Assembly: GCA_965226375.1 (NCBI GenBank)
Contig: CBDDCX010000006.1
Span: 288,001 to 352,000, forward strand
Direction of reading: 5' to 3'
DNA: 64,000 bases
Origin: Longimicrobiales bacterium
Lineage (GTDB): Bacteria > Gemmatimonadota > Gemmatimonadetes > Longimicrobiales > Gaopeijiaceae
Of this stretch, positions 19,485 through 30,476 are shown piece after piece (within the stretch, counting starts at the first letter, position 1; the number at the start of each line of letters is the position of its first letter). The notes beneath the pieces are model-generated. The model searched no databases and was not told the origin of the DNA. It worked only from the letters and a program-made list of their open reading frames with translations. The position numbers and the translations under genes were made by a program.

Positions 19485-21188
19485 CTAGATCTCGCGCCGC
19501 TGTGCGAACTGGCCGATATGATCGGCAGCCCGGTACGCGAGTGCCTGGATGGTGGCGGTGGGCTGTCCGCGCCCGCCGGTCACCATGCTGCTGCCGTCGA
19601 CCAGGAAGAGGTTTCGCACGTCGTGGGTGCGGTGGTACTTGTCCACGACGGACGCGCTCGAATCGTCGCCCATGCGGCACGTGCCAAGGAGGTGCACGCC
19701 GAAGCTCTGCTGAAAGTTGTCGGGCCTCCAGGTCTGCAGTGCTCCGGCTGCGTCCATGATCTCGTTGGCCTTCTTGGCTAGGAACGCCATCATCGCCATG
19801 TCGTCGTCGTGGTCCTTCCACGTCACCTTCATGGCCGGGAGACCCCAGTCGTCCTTCAGTTCCGGATCGAGTTCGATACGATTGGTCGCTACCGGAAGGG
19901 ACGTGGTGTGCACGTCGACGTTCATGCTGCGCGAGTAGTTTTGGTTGAGCAGCCGCTTGTACTCACGCCCCCATGTCGGTGAACCCGGCGGCAGAAAGCC
20001 GCCGGTCCCGAAGAAGAGCGGATATCCGCCCCAGTACCGGGTGTCGATCCCACCGCCGCCGTAGAAGCCCCGTGCCGGATCGGAGTCGTAGTAGTCCCAG
20101 AGCATCCGGGTGACCATGACGCTCTTCCACTCGTTGAGCGGGCGCTCGAAGACGGCCGTGGTACTCGCGTTCCCGTTGAACATGAGGTACTTGCCGACTA
20201 TGCCGCTCGAGTTGGCGAGGCCCTCGGGGAACAGGTTGCTCTTCGACATGAGGAGCAAGCGAGGCGTCTCGGCCCCGTTGGCGCACAGCACCACGGCCTT
20301 GGCGCGCTGGAAGTGCTCCACCCGGTCCGCATCGAAGTAGATGACGCCGGTGGCTCTGCCGCGGTCGTCGATTTCCACCTTGCGAACGTAACTCTCGGAC
20401 CGGATCTCGCACCGGCCTGTGGCCTCGGCCTCGGGGATCGTCGTGAAGAGCGTGGACGACTTGGCCTGATGCTCACATCCGAACCCGGCGCAGTCCCCAC
20501 AGTGCTGGCACGCTGGGCGGCCCTTGTAGGGCTCGGAGATGATGCACATGGGGGCGACCTGCGGGTTCAGGCCCAGGGCTTTGGCCCCTCGCTCGAAGAG
20601 AACACCGGAGCTCTTCACGGGAAGTGCCGGCACCGGATACGGGCGGGATCGGGGCGGGTCGAAGGGCCCCGGCTCACCCGAGATACCCAGGTCCCATTCC
20701 GCCTTGGTGTAGTACGGCTCCAGCTCGTCGTAAGTGAGAGGCCAGTCCTCTAGCCCGGTGCCGGAGATGGACCCGACGATGCTCTTCTCCATGAAGTCCA
20801 GGGGCTTGAAGCGCCAATAGTTTGCTGAAAACATGACGCTGCCGCCGCCCACCAGCCGATGGTATCCGACTCCGCCACCGCCGCCCAGAATCCCGCCGCC
20901 TGTCGGTTGCACTTCGGCATCGGGCCCGGCTTGGAAGGTCTGGGGCTGTAGTTCCGCCGTGTTGCTGAGCCAGCCCTGGAAGAAGGTGTCGAATTCGTCG
21001 TGCCTGAACTCGTGCGGTTGCACGCGCGGACCCTGCTCAAGCACTAGCACTGAGAAGCCCGCTACGGCCAACTCCTTGGCCACCACGCCACCGGCCGCCC
21101 CCGAACCGACGAGGACGAAATCCACCACGTCGCTATCTTGGAATCGAACGCCGCTTGGGGCTTCTCCCCTCGTTTTGCCGGCGATCAT
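19485..21188 (-). CDS. GMC-family FAD oxidoreductase
   Basis: VGSGAAGG FAD motif, CQHCGDC..FGC Fe-S motif, HLLGTCRMG, PTATIQALA. Confidence 0.92.
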   Translation of the reverse strand: MIAGKTRGEAPSGVRFQDSDVVDFVLVGSGAAGGVVAKELAVAGFSVLVLEQGPRVQPHEFRHDEFDTFFQGWLSNTAELQPQTFQAGPDAEVQPTGGGILGGGGGVGYHRLVGGGSVMFSANYWRFKPLDFMEKSIVGSISGTGLEDWPLTYDELEPYYTKAEWDLGISGEPGPFDPPRSRPYPVPALPVKSSGVLFERGAKALGLNPQVAPMCIISEPYKGRPACQHCGDCAGFGCEHQAKSSTLFTTIPEAEATGRCEIRSESYVRKVEIDDRGRATGVIYFDADRVEHFQRAKAVVLCANGAETPRLLLMSKSNLFPEGLANSSGIVGKYLMFNGNASTTAVFERPLNEWKSVMVTRMLWDYYDSDPARGFYGGGGIDTRYWGGYPLFFGTGGFLPPGSPTWGREYKRLLNQNYSRSMNVDVHTTSLPVATNRIELDPELKDDWGLPAMKVTWKDHDDDMAMMAFLAKKANEIMDAAGALQTWRPDNFQQSFGVHLLGTCRMGDDSSASVVDKYHRTHDVRNLFLVDGSSMVTGGRGQPTATIQALAYRAADHIGQFAQRREI

Positions 21189-21766
21189 CGTCCCATTTCC
21201 TGGGCGTCATAGTATCCGAACGGCGGCTGCCACACGTAGCGCGGCTCGAATCCCAGGAGCTTCCATCCGGCCCCTTCGTAGTTTCCACCCCAATCCGGGT
21301 GGGCGAACATGCCGGTGAGGACACCGAAGCGTACGGCCCCGAAGAACGGTTCGTCCTCGATCTCGGTGAGGAGCTCGTGCTGCTGTTCCTCCGTCAGCTC
21401 GGCGAAACGGGCTGCGGTGGGCCAGCGCTCCGATACCGTACCGTTTAGCTCGTCCAAGCCCCCCAGCAGGAAGTCCTTCTGGCCGGCCATGAAGTTGCCC
21501 AGAGCCCGGTCGATGAAGACCACCACGCGGGCTTCGCGCGCGCCCGGCAGGTCGTCGTCGCTCGGGATGATCTGGGCGGCGATGGCGTCCAAGTCGGCGG
21601 CCTGGTCCGCGGTCAGCACCTCATACACGACCTGCTCGCCTCGTGCGGAAGCTCGCGAGGCTTGGAGGGCGCCGAAGAAGGCTTCGGGGTCGGACCCGAG
21701 CCATAGGCCGGCCACGGCACCGGTGGCTGCGAGGAACTCTCGACGTGTCGCGGACGGTTCAGTCAT
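21185..21766 (-). CDS. Gluconate 2-dehydrogenase subunit 3-family protein (Tat)
   Basis: TRREFL Tat motif, IIPSDD.PGAREA.VV.FID, P.WGGN...GWKLLGF. Confidence 0.88.
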   Translation of the reverse strand: MTEPSATRREFLAATGAVAGLWLGSDPEAFFGALQASRASARGEQVVYEVLTADQAADLDAIAAQIIPSDDDLPGAREARVVVFIDRALGNFMAGQKDFLLGGLDELNGTVSERWPTAARFAELTEEQQHELLTEIEDEPFFGAVRFGVLTGMFAHPDWGGNYEGAGWKLLGFEPRYVWQPPFGYYDAQEMGR

Positions 21767-21928
21767 CGTTTCTGCAGGTTGGAGGAAGTCAGCAAGGTGA
21801 TTAGGCCATCGGCATCCCGCTAGTTCCCATGGTCTTCACCTCGGTAGTCGCCGACCGCGATGCGCAGGTTGCATCGAGCGCCGCCGGGGGGCTGGCTCAT
21901 CATGCGGGCCGGAGATTCCGTTCGCGGG

Positions 21929-22696
21929 CTAGAGCGGCCTGATCTTGAGGTTGCGGTACCGTATCTCGTGGCCGTGGTCCTGGATGCCGATTCGGCCGCT
22001 CGGCGCCATACCATAATGGTCGTGGGGAGCGAACTTGCTGCCGTCGACCAGCTCCACCCACTCGGGTGAGCCGAGCTCGTACTCCACGGTCATCCTTCCG
22101 TTGAGCCAGTGCTCCACATGCGCTCCGTCCACGAGGATGCGGCCGACGTTCCATTCGCCGAGCGGATTGGATGCGGTCACCACCGACGCGTGCAGGTCGT
22201 AATTGTCCCCTGTCAGGTGCTTGTGCATGTCCATGGTGCCCATGTCGATGTACGCCGTGTCATCCAGCACCTGAAACTCGGGTGCCACCATCCACATCGC
22301 TTCACCTTCGTGCTCCTGGACACGGTAGAACACGCCGCTGTTACCCACGGGCGAGATCTGGAAGTCAAACGTGAGCTCGAAGTCCGAAAACTCGGCGTCC
22401 GAGACGATATCACCCCCGAGCCCCTCCTCGCCCCCGTCCGACGCGAAGACGATCAGGTTTCCGTCGGCGATGTCCCAACCCTGTGCCGGGAATGCTTCCT
22501 GGTTATATCCCCGCCAGCCGTCCGGGGAGACGCCGTCGAAGAGGAGCTGCCAGCCGGCCTCGACCTCTTCGGGAGTCAGGGTGTTGTGCTCGGGTGCGGG
22601 CAAGATGGATGCGTCGGATACTTCGGGAGCATCGCTGCTCGGTTGGCAGCCCCCCGTGGCGAGGCTGGCGATGAGAACGAGGGTGCACCCCCTCAC
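21929..22696 (-). CDS. DUF1080 / 3-keto-disaccharide hydrolase-family lipoprotein
   Basis: Lipobox-like TGGC, GWQLLFDG, GNSGVFY, PEFQVLD, GEWN, EHWLNG, IGIQDHG. Confidence 0.9.
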   Translation of the reverse strand: MRGCTLVLIASLATGGCQPSSDAPEVSDASILPAPEHNTLTPEEVEAGWQLLFDGVSPDGWRGYNQEAFPAQGWDIADGNLIVFASDGGEEGLGGDIVSDAEFSDFELTFDFQISPVGNSGVFYRVQEHEGEAMWMVAPEFQVLDDTAYIDMGTMDMHKHLTGDNYDLHASVVTASNPLGEWNVGRILVDGAHVEHWLNGRMTVEYELGSPEWVELVDGSKFAPHDHYGMAPSGRIGIQDHGHEIRYRNLKIRPL

Positions 22697-24063
22697 AGGA
22701 CGCGCATTTCCTGCGGGTCCCAGCTGACGCTCCGCTCGTTGAAGTAGCTGTCGTTGCAGGACAGGGCAGGGGCAGCCGCCCGCATGCCGAACACGGCGTC
22801 CTCACTGACCGGTGTGCCGTTCCGGACACCGTTGAAGAAATTCACGAAGTGATCGAAATGAGCCCCCATGTATCCTTGCTCGGCCACATACACGCTCTCT
22901 GCCGGCGGGAGCATCTGCTTCCGCTCTGCGGCCCGGGAGCCCATCTCGTCACTCTTCATCTGGTTGAAGACGTCGGTGGCTCCGCTGACCTTGTTGCGCC
23001 GCAAGACGATCTCCTGCCAGTCCACGTCCATGGCGCCTTCACTTCCCACCAACCGCAGGTAGGTGCTGCCGGAAGTGCCGTCCACGAAGTTGACCCTCAG
23101 GGAGAGATTGAACGGAGGGTGGGCTTCGCCCTCGGGGTAGTCGAACATGCCGAGCAAGACATCGGGCACCTCGCGACCGTCCTTCCAATAGCGGAGACCT
23201 CCCTGAGCCATCACCCGCTGTGGGCCCAATGAAGACGCGATGAAGTGCAGGCTGGAGAAGAGGTGCACGAACAGGTCTCCGGCCACTCCCGTTCCGTAGT
23301 CCCGGTAGTTGCGCCACCGGAAGACCCGAAGAGGATCGAAGGGGCGGCGGGGGGCGCCCCCCTGGAACATCTCCCAGTCGACCGTCTCCTCCGACGCGTC
23401 GTCGGGAACGTCGTACTGCCAAGCCCCCACCGGCGAGTTCCGGGCCCAGAAGCCTTCGGCGTAGTTCAACTCGCCGATGGCGCCCTCTTCCAGCAGCTCC
23501 TTGGCCTTCTCGTTCCCGAGGGAGCTCATCCCCTGGCTACCTACCTGAAACGTCTTGCCCGACTCCTGCTGGGCCCGGATGACGTCATGGCCCTCTTCGA
23601 TGTCATGGACCATAGGCTTTTCGCAATAGACCGACTTACCACTCCGGAGCGCCTCGGTCGAGATGCGAGCGTGCCAATGGTCGGGGGTGCCGACGATCAC
23701 GGCGTCGATGTCGTCCCGGGCCAGCACCTCTCGATAATCTCGAGTCGTGAAGAGGTCGGCTCCGTGCTTTTCGCGTGCAGCGTCCAGGCGGCCGTCGTAG
23801 CAGTCGCAGGCTGCCACCAGACGCACACCCGGCACCTGAAGAGCGGTATCCACGTCGGCCATGCCCATGCCGCCGGCACCGATGACGGCGATCTGGACGT
23901 CGTCGTTCACAGCAACCCGTCGGGTCGATCGGAGGATTTGGGCCGCCGGGCGGTGGGCCGCCGACAGAATCGACGGAGTGGCGCCCGCCGCCATCGCTCC
24001 GGCGGCCAGCTTGCCGATGAAGCCGCGCCTGGTGTGGCGGGAGCTTTCCGGGTGGTCGGTCAT
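22693..24063 (-). CDS. Gfo/Idh/MocA-family oxidoreductase (Tat)
   Basis: TRRGFI Tat motif, IGAGGMG, GTPDHWH, VYCEKPM, FRWRNYRDYGTG. Confidence 0.92.
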   Translation of the reverse strand: MTDHPESSRHTRRGFIGKLAAGAMAAGATPSILSAAHRPAAQILRSTRRVAVNDDVQIAVIGAGGMGMADVDTALQVPGVRLVAACDCYDGRLDAAREKHGADLFTTRDYREVLARDDIDAVIVGTPDHWHARISTEALRSGKSVYCEKPMVHDIEEGHDVIRAQQESGKTFQVGSQGMSSLGNEKAKELLEEGAIGELNYAEGFWARNSPVGAWQYDVPDDASEETVDWEMFQGGAPRRPFDPLRVFRWRNYRDYGTGVAGDLFVHLFSSLHFIASSLGPQRVMAQGGLRYWKDGREVPDVLLGMFDYPEGEAHPPFNLSLRVNFVDGTSGSTYLRLVGSEGAMDVDWQEIVLRRNKVSGATDVFNQMKSDEMGSRAAERKQMLPPAESVYVAEQGYMGAHFDHFVNFFNGVRNGTPVSEDAVFGMRAAAPALSCNDSYFNERSVSWDPQEMRVL

Positions 24064-24120
24064 CTGAGAGTGCCTCCGGTGGAGATTTTCGCAGGGAGGC
24101 CCGTCAGGGTCCTCCGCCAG

Positions 24121-24420
24121 TTATGCGTGGGGCTCGAAGATGATGGCATGAATATCGGTATCACCGATGTTCTCGACCACATGTGTCCAAGCCTCATGGT
24201 ACATGACGTGACCATCGGGGATCTCGGCCTCCATGGAGTCGTCGCCCACGTAGATCCTCACGTGGCCGCCTTTGAGGAAGTAGACGGTCTCGTTTGGGTG
24301 GGAGTGCTCGTTGTCCTTGGCTCCAGCCGGTAGCGTCATCTCGACGACCCTGAGGTGATCGTTGGAGAAGAGGACCTTGTAATGGTCCGGGGATACGTCG
24401 CAGGGATCGATGTAGGTCAA
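24121..24420 (-). CDS. Cupin-domain protein (probable TTG start)
   Basis: SPDHYKVLFSNDHLRVVE, HSHP and HVVENIG motifs; AAGGA upstream of TTG. Confidence 0.75.
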   Translation of the reverse strand: MTYIDPCDVSPDHYKVLFSNDHLRVVEMTLPAGAKDNEHSHPNETVYFLKGGHVRIYVGDDSMEAEIPDGHVMYHEAWTHVVENIGDTDIHAIIFEPHA

Positions 24421-24718
24421 GGGATCGGTCCTTTTGCATGTCACAGCCGAGTACCGACGTTCTGTTCGCCTGTACGAAGGCTGCGATCGTGTATGGGCCA
24501 TACATGATATGGATCGGAGTGCCGGAGTTCAAAGGCTCCGCTGGCACGCTCGACAGAATCGTTGCCGCTGGATCGTTCCAGAGGCGAGCACAGATGAGGT
24601 ATGCTGCTAGCCCGGGGAACCCTCACGCGAGTTGGCCGTGAAGAGACACGTTACGCAACCATCTCGGGTGCCCTACGTACAATGCGTTGGAGAAGGCGTG
24701 ATCGATGGATGTTGGGAG

Positions 24719-27247
24719 ATGGTCGTGAAAGGATACAAGCTGTGCCTCATGCTTCTTGTGGCGCCGAGCCTCGGCGTGGCTCAGGAGCTGGCACCGGTTC
24801 GGGGCGAAGTGGCGGGACGCGTCGTCGATGCGGACTCACAGGTGTCCTTGGCTGGCGCCGTTGTTGTTTTGGAGCCGGCGCCCGCGGGGGCCGTGTGGAG
24901 CAGTGTGGGAGGAGCCGCTTTCCCGGCGTCCGCGATCACCACCGAGACGAACGGTGTTGGGGCCTACCGCTTCGAGGGACTCGGCTCAGGCACCTATGTG
25001 ATCCGCGTGATGCGCCTCGGTTACCAGCCGGCACGCGTCGAGATCGAGCTCCACGGGGCGGCCATGTCCAGGGTCACGCTCGGCCTGGTCGTGGCACCCA
25101 TCGCGCTGGCGCCCGTCAGGGTGGCAGTGGATGTCAGCCCGATCATGGAGCGAGCCGTCGTGTCTGAAGAGGTGGACGCACGGCGTATCCGCTCCGTGGA
25201 GGAGAGGCAGGAGCGCTTCCTCGAGTCCGACGTGCGGTCGATGGGCTACACGGACATGCTCGAGGCAGTGACCTTGGGTGAGACCGACATCTTCCGTGCG
25301 CTTCAACGCCTGCCGGGCGTGTCGACACGGGACGACTACACAGCCCAGCTGTGGACCCGCGGGGCCCCGTGGGGTCAGACAAGGGTGTATTTCGACGGCG
25401 TGCCCCTGTTCAACCCGGTCCACATGGGCGGTTTTTTCTCCGGTGTCAGCCCCGAGGCCGTGGGCACCGTGTTTTTCCACCCCGGCGTCCGGCCCGCGTC
25501 CATCGGGGAAGGGGCAGCCGGGGTCGTCAGCCTTTCGTCGCGTCCGGCGAGACCGCATGAGTCCATCCCTCTTCGATCCGAGATCACGCTGGCGAGCCTG
25601 CGAGCCACGAGCGAGGCCCGATTCTGGGATGACAAGGGGGGGGTCCTGGTATCGGGACGTCGTAGTTGGTGGGATTGGGCGACCGAGACGGCGGCGGACC
25701 AAGCGACCCGGCCCGAGGACATTGTAGCCTTCGCTCTCATGAGTTGGTCAGGCGTGTTCGACTATTCGTGGGGTGAGCACAATCGCGTGGAGGTGAGCGC
25801 TCTATTCGAGGAGGATCAACTGGATGGAGGCATCCCCGGCGTGATCGACGGGAACTTTGGGCGCTGGGGGAACGAGGTACAGCGTGTGAGCTTCGACACC
25901 CGTATCTCGGATCTCCCCCTGCGCTTCACGGTAGGTAACAGCCGATATCGGGGAGACGTCTGGCAAGACGACAGCTTACGGCGAGGATCAAATTTGGCCC
26001 CCGACGTGGTCACGCTGGATACGGCGTTTGGCGAGGTGCTGCACAGCTTCGTAAGGGGTGAGCTGACGGGTGAGCGAGTCGGTGCCCGACCTGCTCGCTG
26101 GACCCTTGGCATGCAGTGGACGGGACAGTCGACCACGTCGCTCGGTGCCGCTATCCCTATCGAGGCGAGCGGTGATCAACGGAGAGCACTGCACGGTGGG
26201 GAGCTCGAGTACGGGGTGGTCTACGGCGAGTACCTGCTGCAGCCTAGCTCCGATGTCACGATCCGTGCCGGCCTGCGATGGGAGACCGGAGGCACGGTGC
26301 AGAATGGCGGCCAAGATCGAGTGGCCCCACGCATAAGCTCCCGTTTCCAGCTTACGCCGCGGGTCGCTCTGTCGGCCGCATTCGGCCGGAGCTTCCAATA
26401 TACGCAGACCATCGGCGAAGTCGGGAACTCGTTCGGACTAGGTCTCCACTTCGCCCAGAGATGGCTGCTGGCCGGCGAGAGCTCGCCCATGATCCAATCC
26501 GATATCGCCACCGTGGGCCTCGAGAGCTGGATCGGCGGGGGATGGCTCGCCTCGACGACAGCCTACGCTCGCCACGCCACGGGCGTGGCCGTGCCCGATC
26601 CCCGAACGGGTAGTGTATTCCCGCCCGATTGGCCCGGCGCGGAGCCGTGACAAGCGTGGGTGGATGGGACGAATACTGCGGTGGGAGTCGAGGTGAGTCT
26701 CCGTCGCTTGGCGGGCCGCGTAACAGGATCTGCATCGTACTCCTTCGGAGACTCGCGCATGAAAGCGGCGGGTATGGAGTTCGCGTCGCTCGCTGACCGG
26801 CGTCACGTGGTAGACGCCACCGTGATGGTCCGAGCTCGGGAGAACCTCCTCGTCGGTGCAGCCTTCACAGGCGCCTCGGGAGCCCCGTTTACGCGAACCT
26901 TCACGCAGTACTGCCACGATTGGCCGCATGACAGCGGAAACTGTCCGGCACCGGCAACCGGCCCAGTGACGTACCGCGGGCTCCGAAACGCCGAACGTGG
27001 TCCGACCTATGCCAGCCTCGACCTGCTCATGGACTGGACGCAGCGGCGGGAGGACTGGACCTGGGGCGTCTTCGTACAGCTGCGGAACTCGTTGGGGCGA
27101 GACAATGCGGCCGTATACAAGGAGACCATCTGTCTGGCCGACTCCTACCTCGGCGGCCGCTGCTCGTCGGACGCGCTGCAGGTGGACGCGTTCGAGGACG
27201 GGATCTACTTCCCGCTCCCCCTCTTCGGCTTCCACGTGATCTTCTGA
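24719..27247 (+). pseudogene. TonB-dependent receptor interrupted by an in-frame TGA at 26648-26650
   Basis: Carboxypeptidase-regulatory-like N-terminus, plug GETDIFRALQRLPGV..DGVPLFNPVH; ORF 26660..27247 continues in the same frame and ends with C-terminal Phe. Confidence 0.82.
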
Positions 27248-27248
27248 C

Positions 27249-27743
27249 ATGGACGTGGCGGCGCTCTATCATGAGCATCAAGAGGGACTCCTACGGTACC
27301 TCTCGCGCCTCTCGGGCGATCCGGACCTGGCGGCGGACGCGATGCATGAGGCGTTCGTTCGCATTCAGCAGCGGCCCCCACGACAAACGGAGAATCTGAG
27401 GGCTTGGCTGTATACCGTCGCGACTAACGTCGTCCGTGACATCACCCGCGCGAAACGACATCACAGGGAGCTTCTGGTGGCCCGTCCGGAGCGGGTTGTG
27501 GCGGACGGACCGGTCGATCCCGCGCGTGCGGCCGAGCTCGAGGAGCGCAAGACCCGGGTGCGCCGGGCGCTGGCCGCCCTGAGCGAAAAGGAGCGCACGA
27601 CCCTACTCATGCGCGAGGAGGGCTTTGCACACCACGAGATCGCTGCAGCGGTGGGCACGACCACCAAGTCGGTCGGGACTTTGATCGCGCGTTCGCTGGA
27701 CAAGCTGGCGCGCGAGCTGACGCTGGACGAGGAGGACCTATGA
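27249..27743 (+). CDS. ECF (sigma-70 family) sigma factor
   Basis: AADAMHEAF, LRAWLYTVATN, LSEKERTTLLMREEGFAHHEIA. Confidence 0.9.
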   Translation: MDVAALYHEHQEGLLRYLSRLSGDPDLAADAMHEAFVRIQQRPPRQTENLRAWLYTVATNVVRDITRAKRHHRELLVARPERVVADGPVDPARAAELEERKTRVRRALAALSEKERTTLLMREEGFAHHEIAAAVGTTTKSVGTLIARSLDKLARELTLDEEDL

Positions 27744-28468
27744 TATCCCTACACGACCACGATCGGGACCGAGATCTCACCGACGGCGACATCATTCGCT
27801 ATGTCGATCGCGAGTGTCAGCCCGAGGAGGCTCAGCGTATCGCGGCCCACATGGCCCGCTGTGACACCTGCCGGGAACGCGTCGAGGTGCTGGAACGTCG
27901 GTTGGGTGTCCTCTCGAGCCTTCTGGGTGAAGCGGACTTCGCTCCGGGTGAGCGCGCACCACGCAGGACGTGGCAGAGCCATTCGCTGCTGAAGGCCGCC
28001 GCGATGGTTTTCGTGACGCTCGGGCTGGGCTTCACCGTCGCACCGGTCCGCGCTTGGGTGGTGGACACTTGGTTGAGCGTTGTCGACGGCGCGGACCCTG
28101 CCGTGGTGGACGATGGGGTCGGAGTGCCCGGGTACGGAATCGTGTCGTTCGTGGTGAACGGAGCGTCGCTATCCATCGAGGTGGAGATGATGCAGTCCGG
28201 GGGTGAGCTCCACGTGCGTAGCGCCGATGTCGGGTTGGCGTCGGCACGTGTCGAAGGGGGAGACGGCTCGGAAGAACTCGTGGTGTTACCCGGAGTCTTA
28301 CGCGTTGTCAGTGGTGCAACGAGTGGAGCGAACTACCACGTGGTCGTGCCGATGAACCTCGCCGGAGTCTCGGTGCGGATCGGCGGAGGCGAGCCCCGGA
28401 ACTTCTCGCCGGATGACCTTGGCGGTGGCGGCAGGTCGTTCGACCTGAAAGGATTGCGGGCACCCTAG
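27740..28468 (+). CDS. Zinc-finger (HxxxCxxC) anti-sigma factor
   Basis: HMARCDTC motif, one TM helix, overlaps the sigma gene stop. Confidence 0.82.
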   Translation: MISLHDHDRDRDLTDGDIIRYVDRECQPEEAQRIAAHMARCDTCRERVEVLERRLGVLSSLLGEADFAPGERAPRRTWQSHSLLKAAAMVFVTLGLGFTVAPVRAWVVDTWLSVVDGADPAVVDDGVGVPGYGIVSFVVNGASLSIEVEMMQSGGELHVRSADVGLASARVEGGDGSEELVVLPGVLRVVSGATSGANYHVVVPMNLAGVSVRIGGGEPRNFSPDDLGGGGRSFDLKGLRAP

Positions 28469-28514
28469 ACCCGTTCCTGACGTCCCGTTCTCGAGTGCCC
28501 CGTCGCCCGGAACG

Positions 28515-30212
28515 TCAGCGTCCTCCGCCGAATGTCTCCCCGAAGAAGTCTCCCGCGATCCAGTGGGGTCTCTCGTCGGCGTTCCCCACTTGCTCGGCGA
28601 TCAGGAAGACTGTGCGAACATAGTCCGCGCCCGCCTCGTAGTGGAACGGCTGGTTCGCATCGTCGTTGGGTCTGTGCAGGGTCGTGGCGATCCACTCGTT
28701 CATGACCGCCGGACCATCGATGTCGGGATCCGAACTCGTTATGCCCGTCATCAAGGCTATCGACGGAGTCCCCTGGAGCACGAACGCGTAATGGTCGCTC
28801 CGGATGAACAGGTTTTGCTCCGGCATCGGATCGGGCTGGATCTCGAGGCCTACGCGGTTCGCTGCCGCTTCCGCCACCTTACCCAGGCTGGTGTGCTCCC
28901 CTCCCACAGCAATGATGTTCGCCATGGGATAGAGCATGAGGTTGCCGTCCATGTTGATGTTGGCGATCAGCGTGCCGAGCGACTCCACGGGATTCGCGGC
29001 CAGATAGCGGGCGCCCAGCAACCCCTCTTCTTCGGCGGTTGTGGCCACGAACAAGAACGTGCGACGAGGCGCCGTGGGAAGACTGGATAGCGCGTGGGCC
29101 AACTCGATAAGCGACGCCACCCCGGCCGCATTGTCGGCGGCGCCGTTGTAGATGGAGTCACCGTTCTGTACCCGGCCGATGCCCACGTGATCGAGGTGGG
29201 CCGTCACGATGATGTATTCCTCCGCCAGGTCCGGGTCGGAGCCGGGAAGCACGCCGAGAACATTGAAGCCCTCGAGATCGGTGTGTTCGCTGAGACTCAC
29301 CAGGCGCACCGAGGCGTGAAGATCGAAGGAACCGGGTCGGCCCAAAACGTCGGCGAAGGGTCTCCCGGTGCCGGCGAACAGCTTCTCGGCCCCCGCCACG
29401 CTCATGCTGGCCGTGGCCAGCGCGGCGCCTCCGGGCGGGCTTCCGTCGGGCCCGAGCCACTGCATGCTTCCGCGTCCCGCCGCGGCGACCGCCGACTCCC
29501 AGGAACCTCTTCTCCCCTCCGTGGGCGGGAGCACCGTGACGATGCCCACCGCCCCTCGTTCCGCAGCGATCCGACTCTTCACCCGGCCGGACGAGTAGTG
29601 GGCAGAGGCGTCGCTCGCGAGGCTCTCCGGCGCTCCTCGCAACACGACCACGATCTTGCCGCGCGCGTCGACTCCCTGGTAGTCGTCGTATCCCGACTCA
29701 GGAGCGCTCACTCCGAAACCCGCAAAGACGGCCGGCGCCTCCGTAGTCCCCTGCACCTGGTCGATGCGTGCCCCGGGCACGTAATCGACCCCAACCGTCA
29801 GCCGCTCGACCTGCCCGTCGACAATGAGCGACATGGATGACGCCTCCGCCACGGCCGACGCGCGCCGGAGCCGCACGCGCCCAAGGTACGATCCGTCGTC
29901 GCCCGCCGGTCGCAGACCGATGCGTGCGAACTGCGCGCTGACGTGGTCGGCCGCGAGCATGTAGCCCGGCGTTCCGGTACGGCGGCCGGCAAGGCGGTCG
30001 TCGGCCAGGAATGATACGTGAGCCTCTAGAGCGCTGGGCAAGATGGCCTCGAGCGCGGCCTCGATCGGGTCGGTCCCCGAAGCCGGAGGGTCACCCCCGC
30101 AGGCCGCTGATGTGAGCAGCACCAGGAGCGACGCGGAGCCCACACGGACCCCCAAGGCGGCCCGCCGCTCGAAGCCACGCTGTCGAGTTCCTCTATCTGT
30201 CGATCCCAGCAT
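28515..30212 (-). CDS. M28-family peptidase with PA domain (start uncertain)
   Basis: TAHLDHVG, YNGAADNAAG, TAEEEGLLG, NINMD, RSDH. Confidence 0.92.
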   Translation of the reverse strand: MLGSTDRGTRQRGFERRAALGVRVGSASLLVLLTSAACGGDPPASGTDPIEAALEAILPSALEAHVSFLADDRLAGRRTGTPGYMLAADHVSAQFARIGLRPAGDDGSYLGRVRLRRASAVAEASSMSLIVDGQVERLTVGVDYVPGARIDQVQGTTEAPAVFAGFGVSAPESGYDDYQGVDARGKIVVVLRGAPESLASDASAHYSSGRVKSRIAAERGAVGIVTVLPPTEGRRGSWESAVAAAGRGSMQWLGPDGSPPGGAALATASMSVAGAEKLFAGTGRPFADVLGRPGSFDLHASVRLVSLSEHTDLEGFNVLGVLPGSDPDLAEEYIIVTAHLDHVGIGRVQNGDSIYNGAADNAAGVASLIELAHALSSLPTAPRRTFLFVATTAEEEGLLGARYLAANPVESLGTLIANINMDGNLMLYPMANIIAVGGEHTSLGKVAEAAANRVGLEIQPDPMPEQNLFIRSDHYAFVLQGTPSIALMTGITSSDPDIDGPAVMNEWIATTLHRPNDDANQPFHYEAGADYVRTVFLIAEQVGNADERPHWIAGDFFGETFGGGR

Positions 30213-30476
30213 TCCGCACCTTTTCTCGATCCCGTGGCTCTGAGACCGAATCGGACCCGCGTGGGCGGTTGAAGCCGCCCGTTTCTGCCCCCAAGATACG
30301 GCCGCCCCCCCCCGGCGCGAGCGAACCTGTTTGACCCGCTACCAGCGAACCCTACCACTTTATGTGTCCAAGAGGAGCATTACCTTTAGAGACTGGTTGC
30401 CCCCGTCTGTCACGATGTGATTTCGTGCGTTGACGGGGGCGTCTTCATTCAGGGCCCCTCAAAAAAGGAATGACGA

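Noticed and set aside
26648..26700. Selenocysteine codon, given the SelA-like gene in the window
   Set aside because: No SECIS-like hairpin seen, the site is not a redox motif, and the SelA-like protein has a Tat leader and diverges from true SelA
30399..30440. Hairpin GCCCCCGTC...GACGGGGGC upstream of the DUF5916 gene
   Set aside because: A real dyad, but no T-tract or known motif; function cannot be supported
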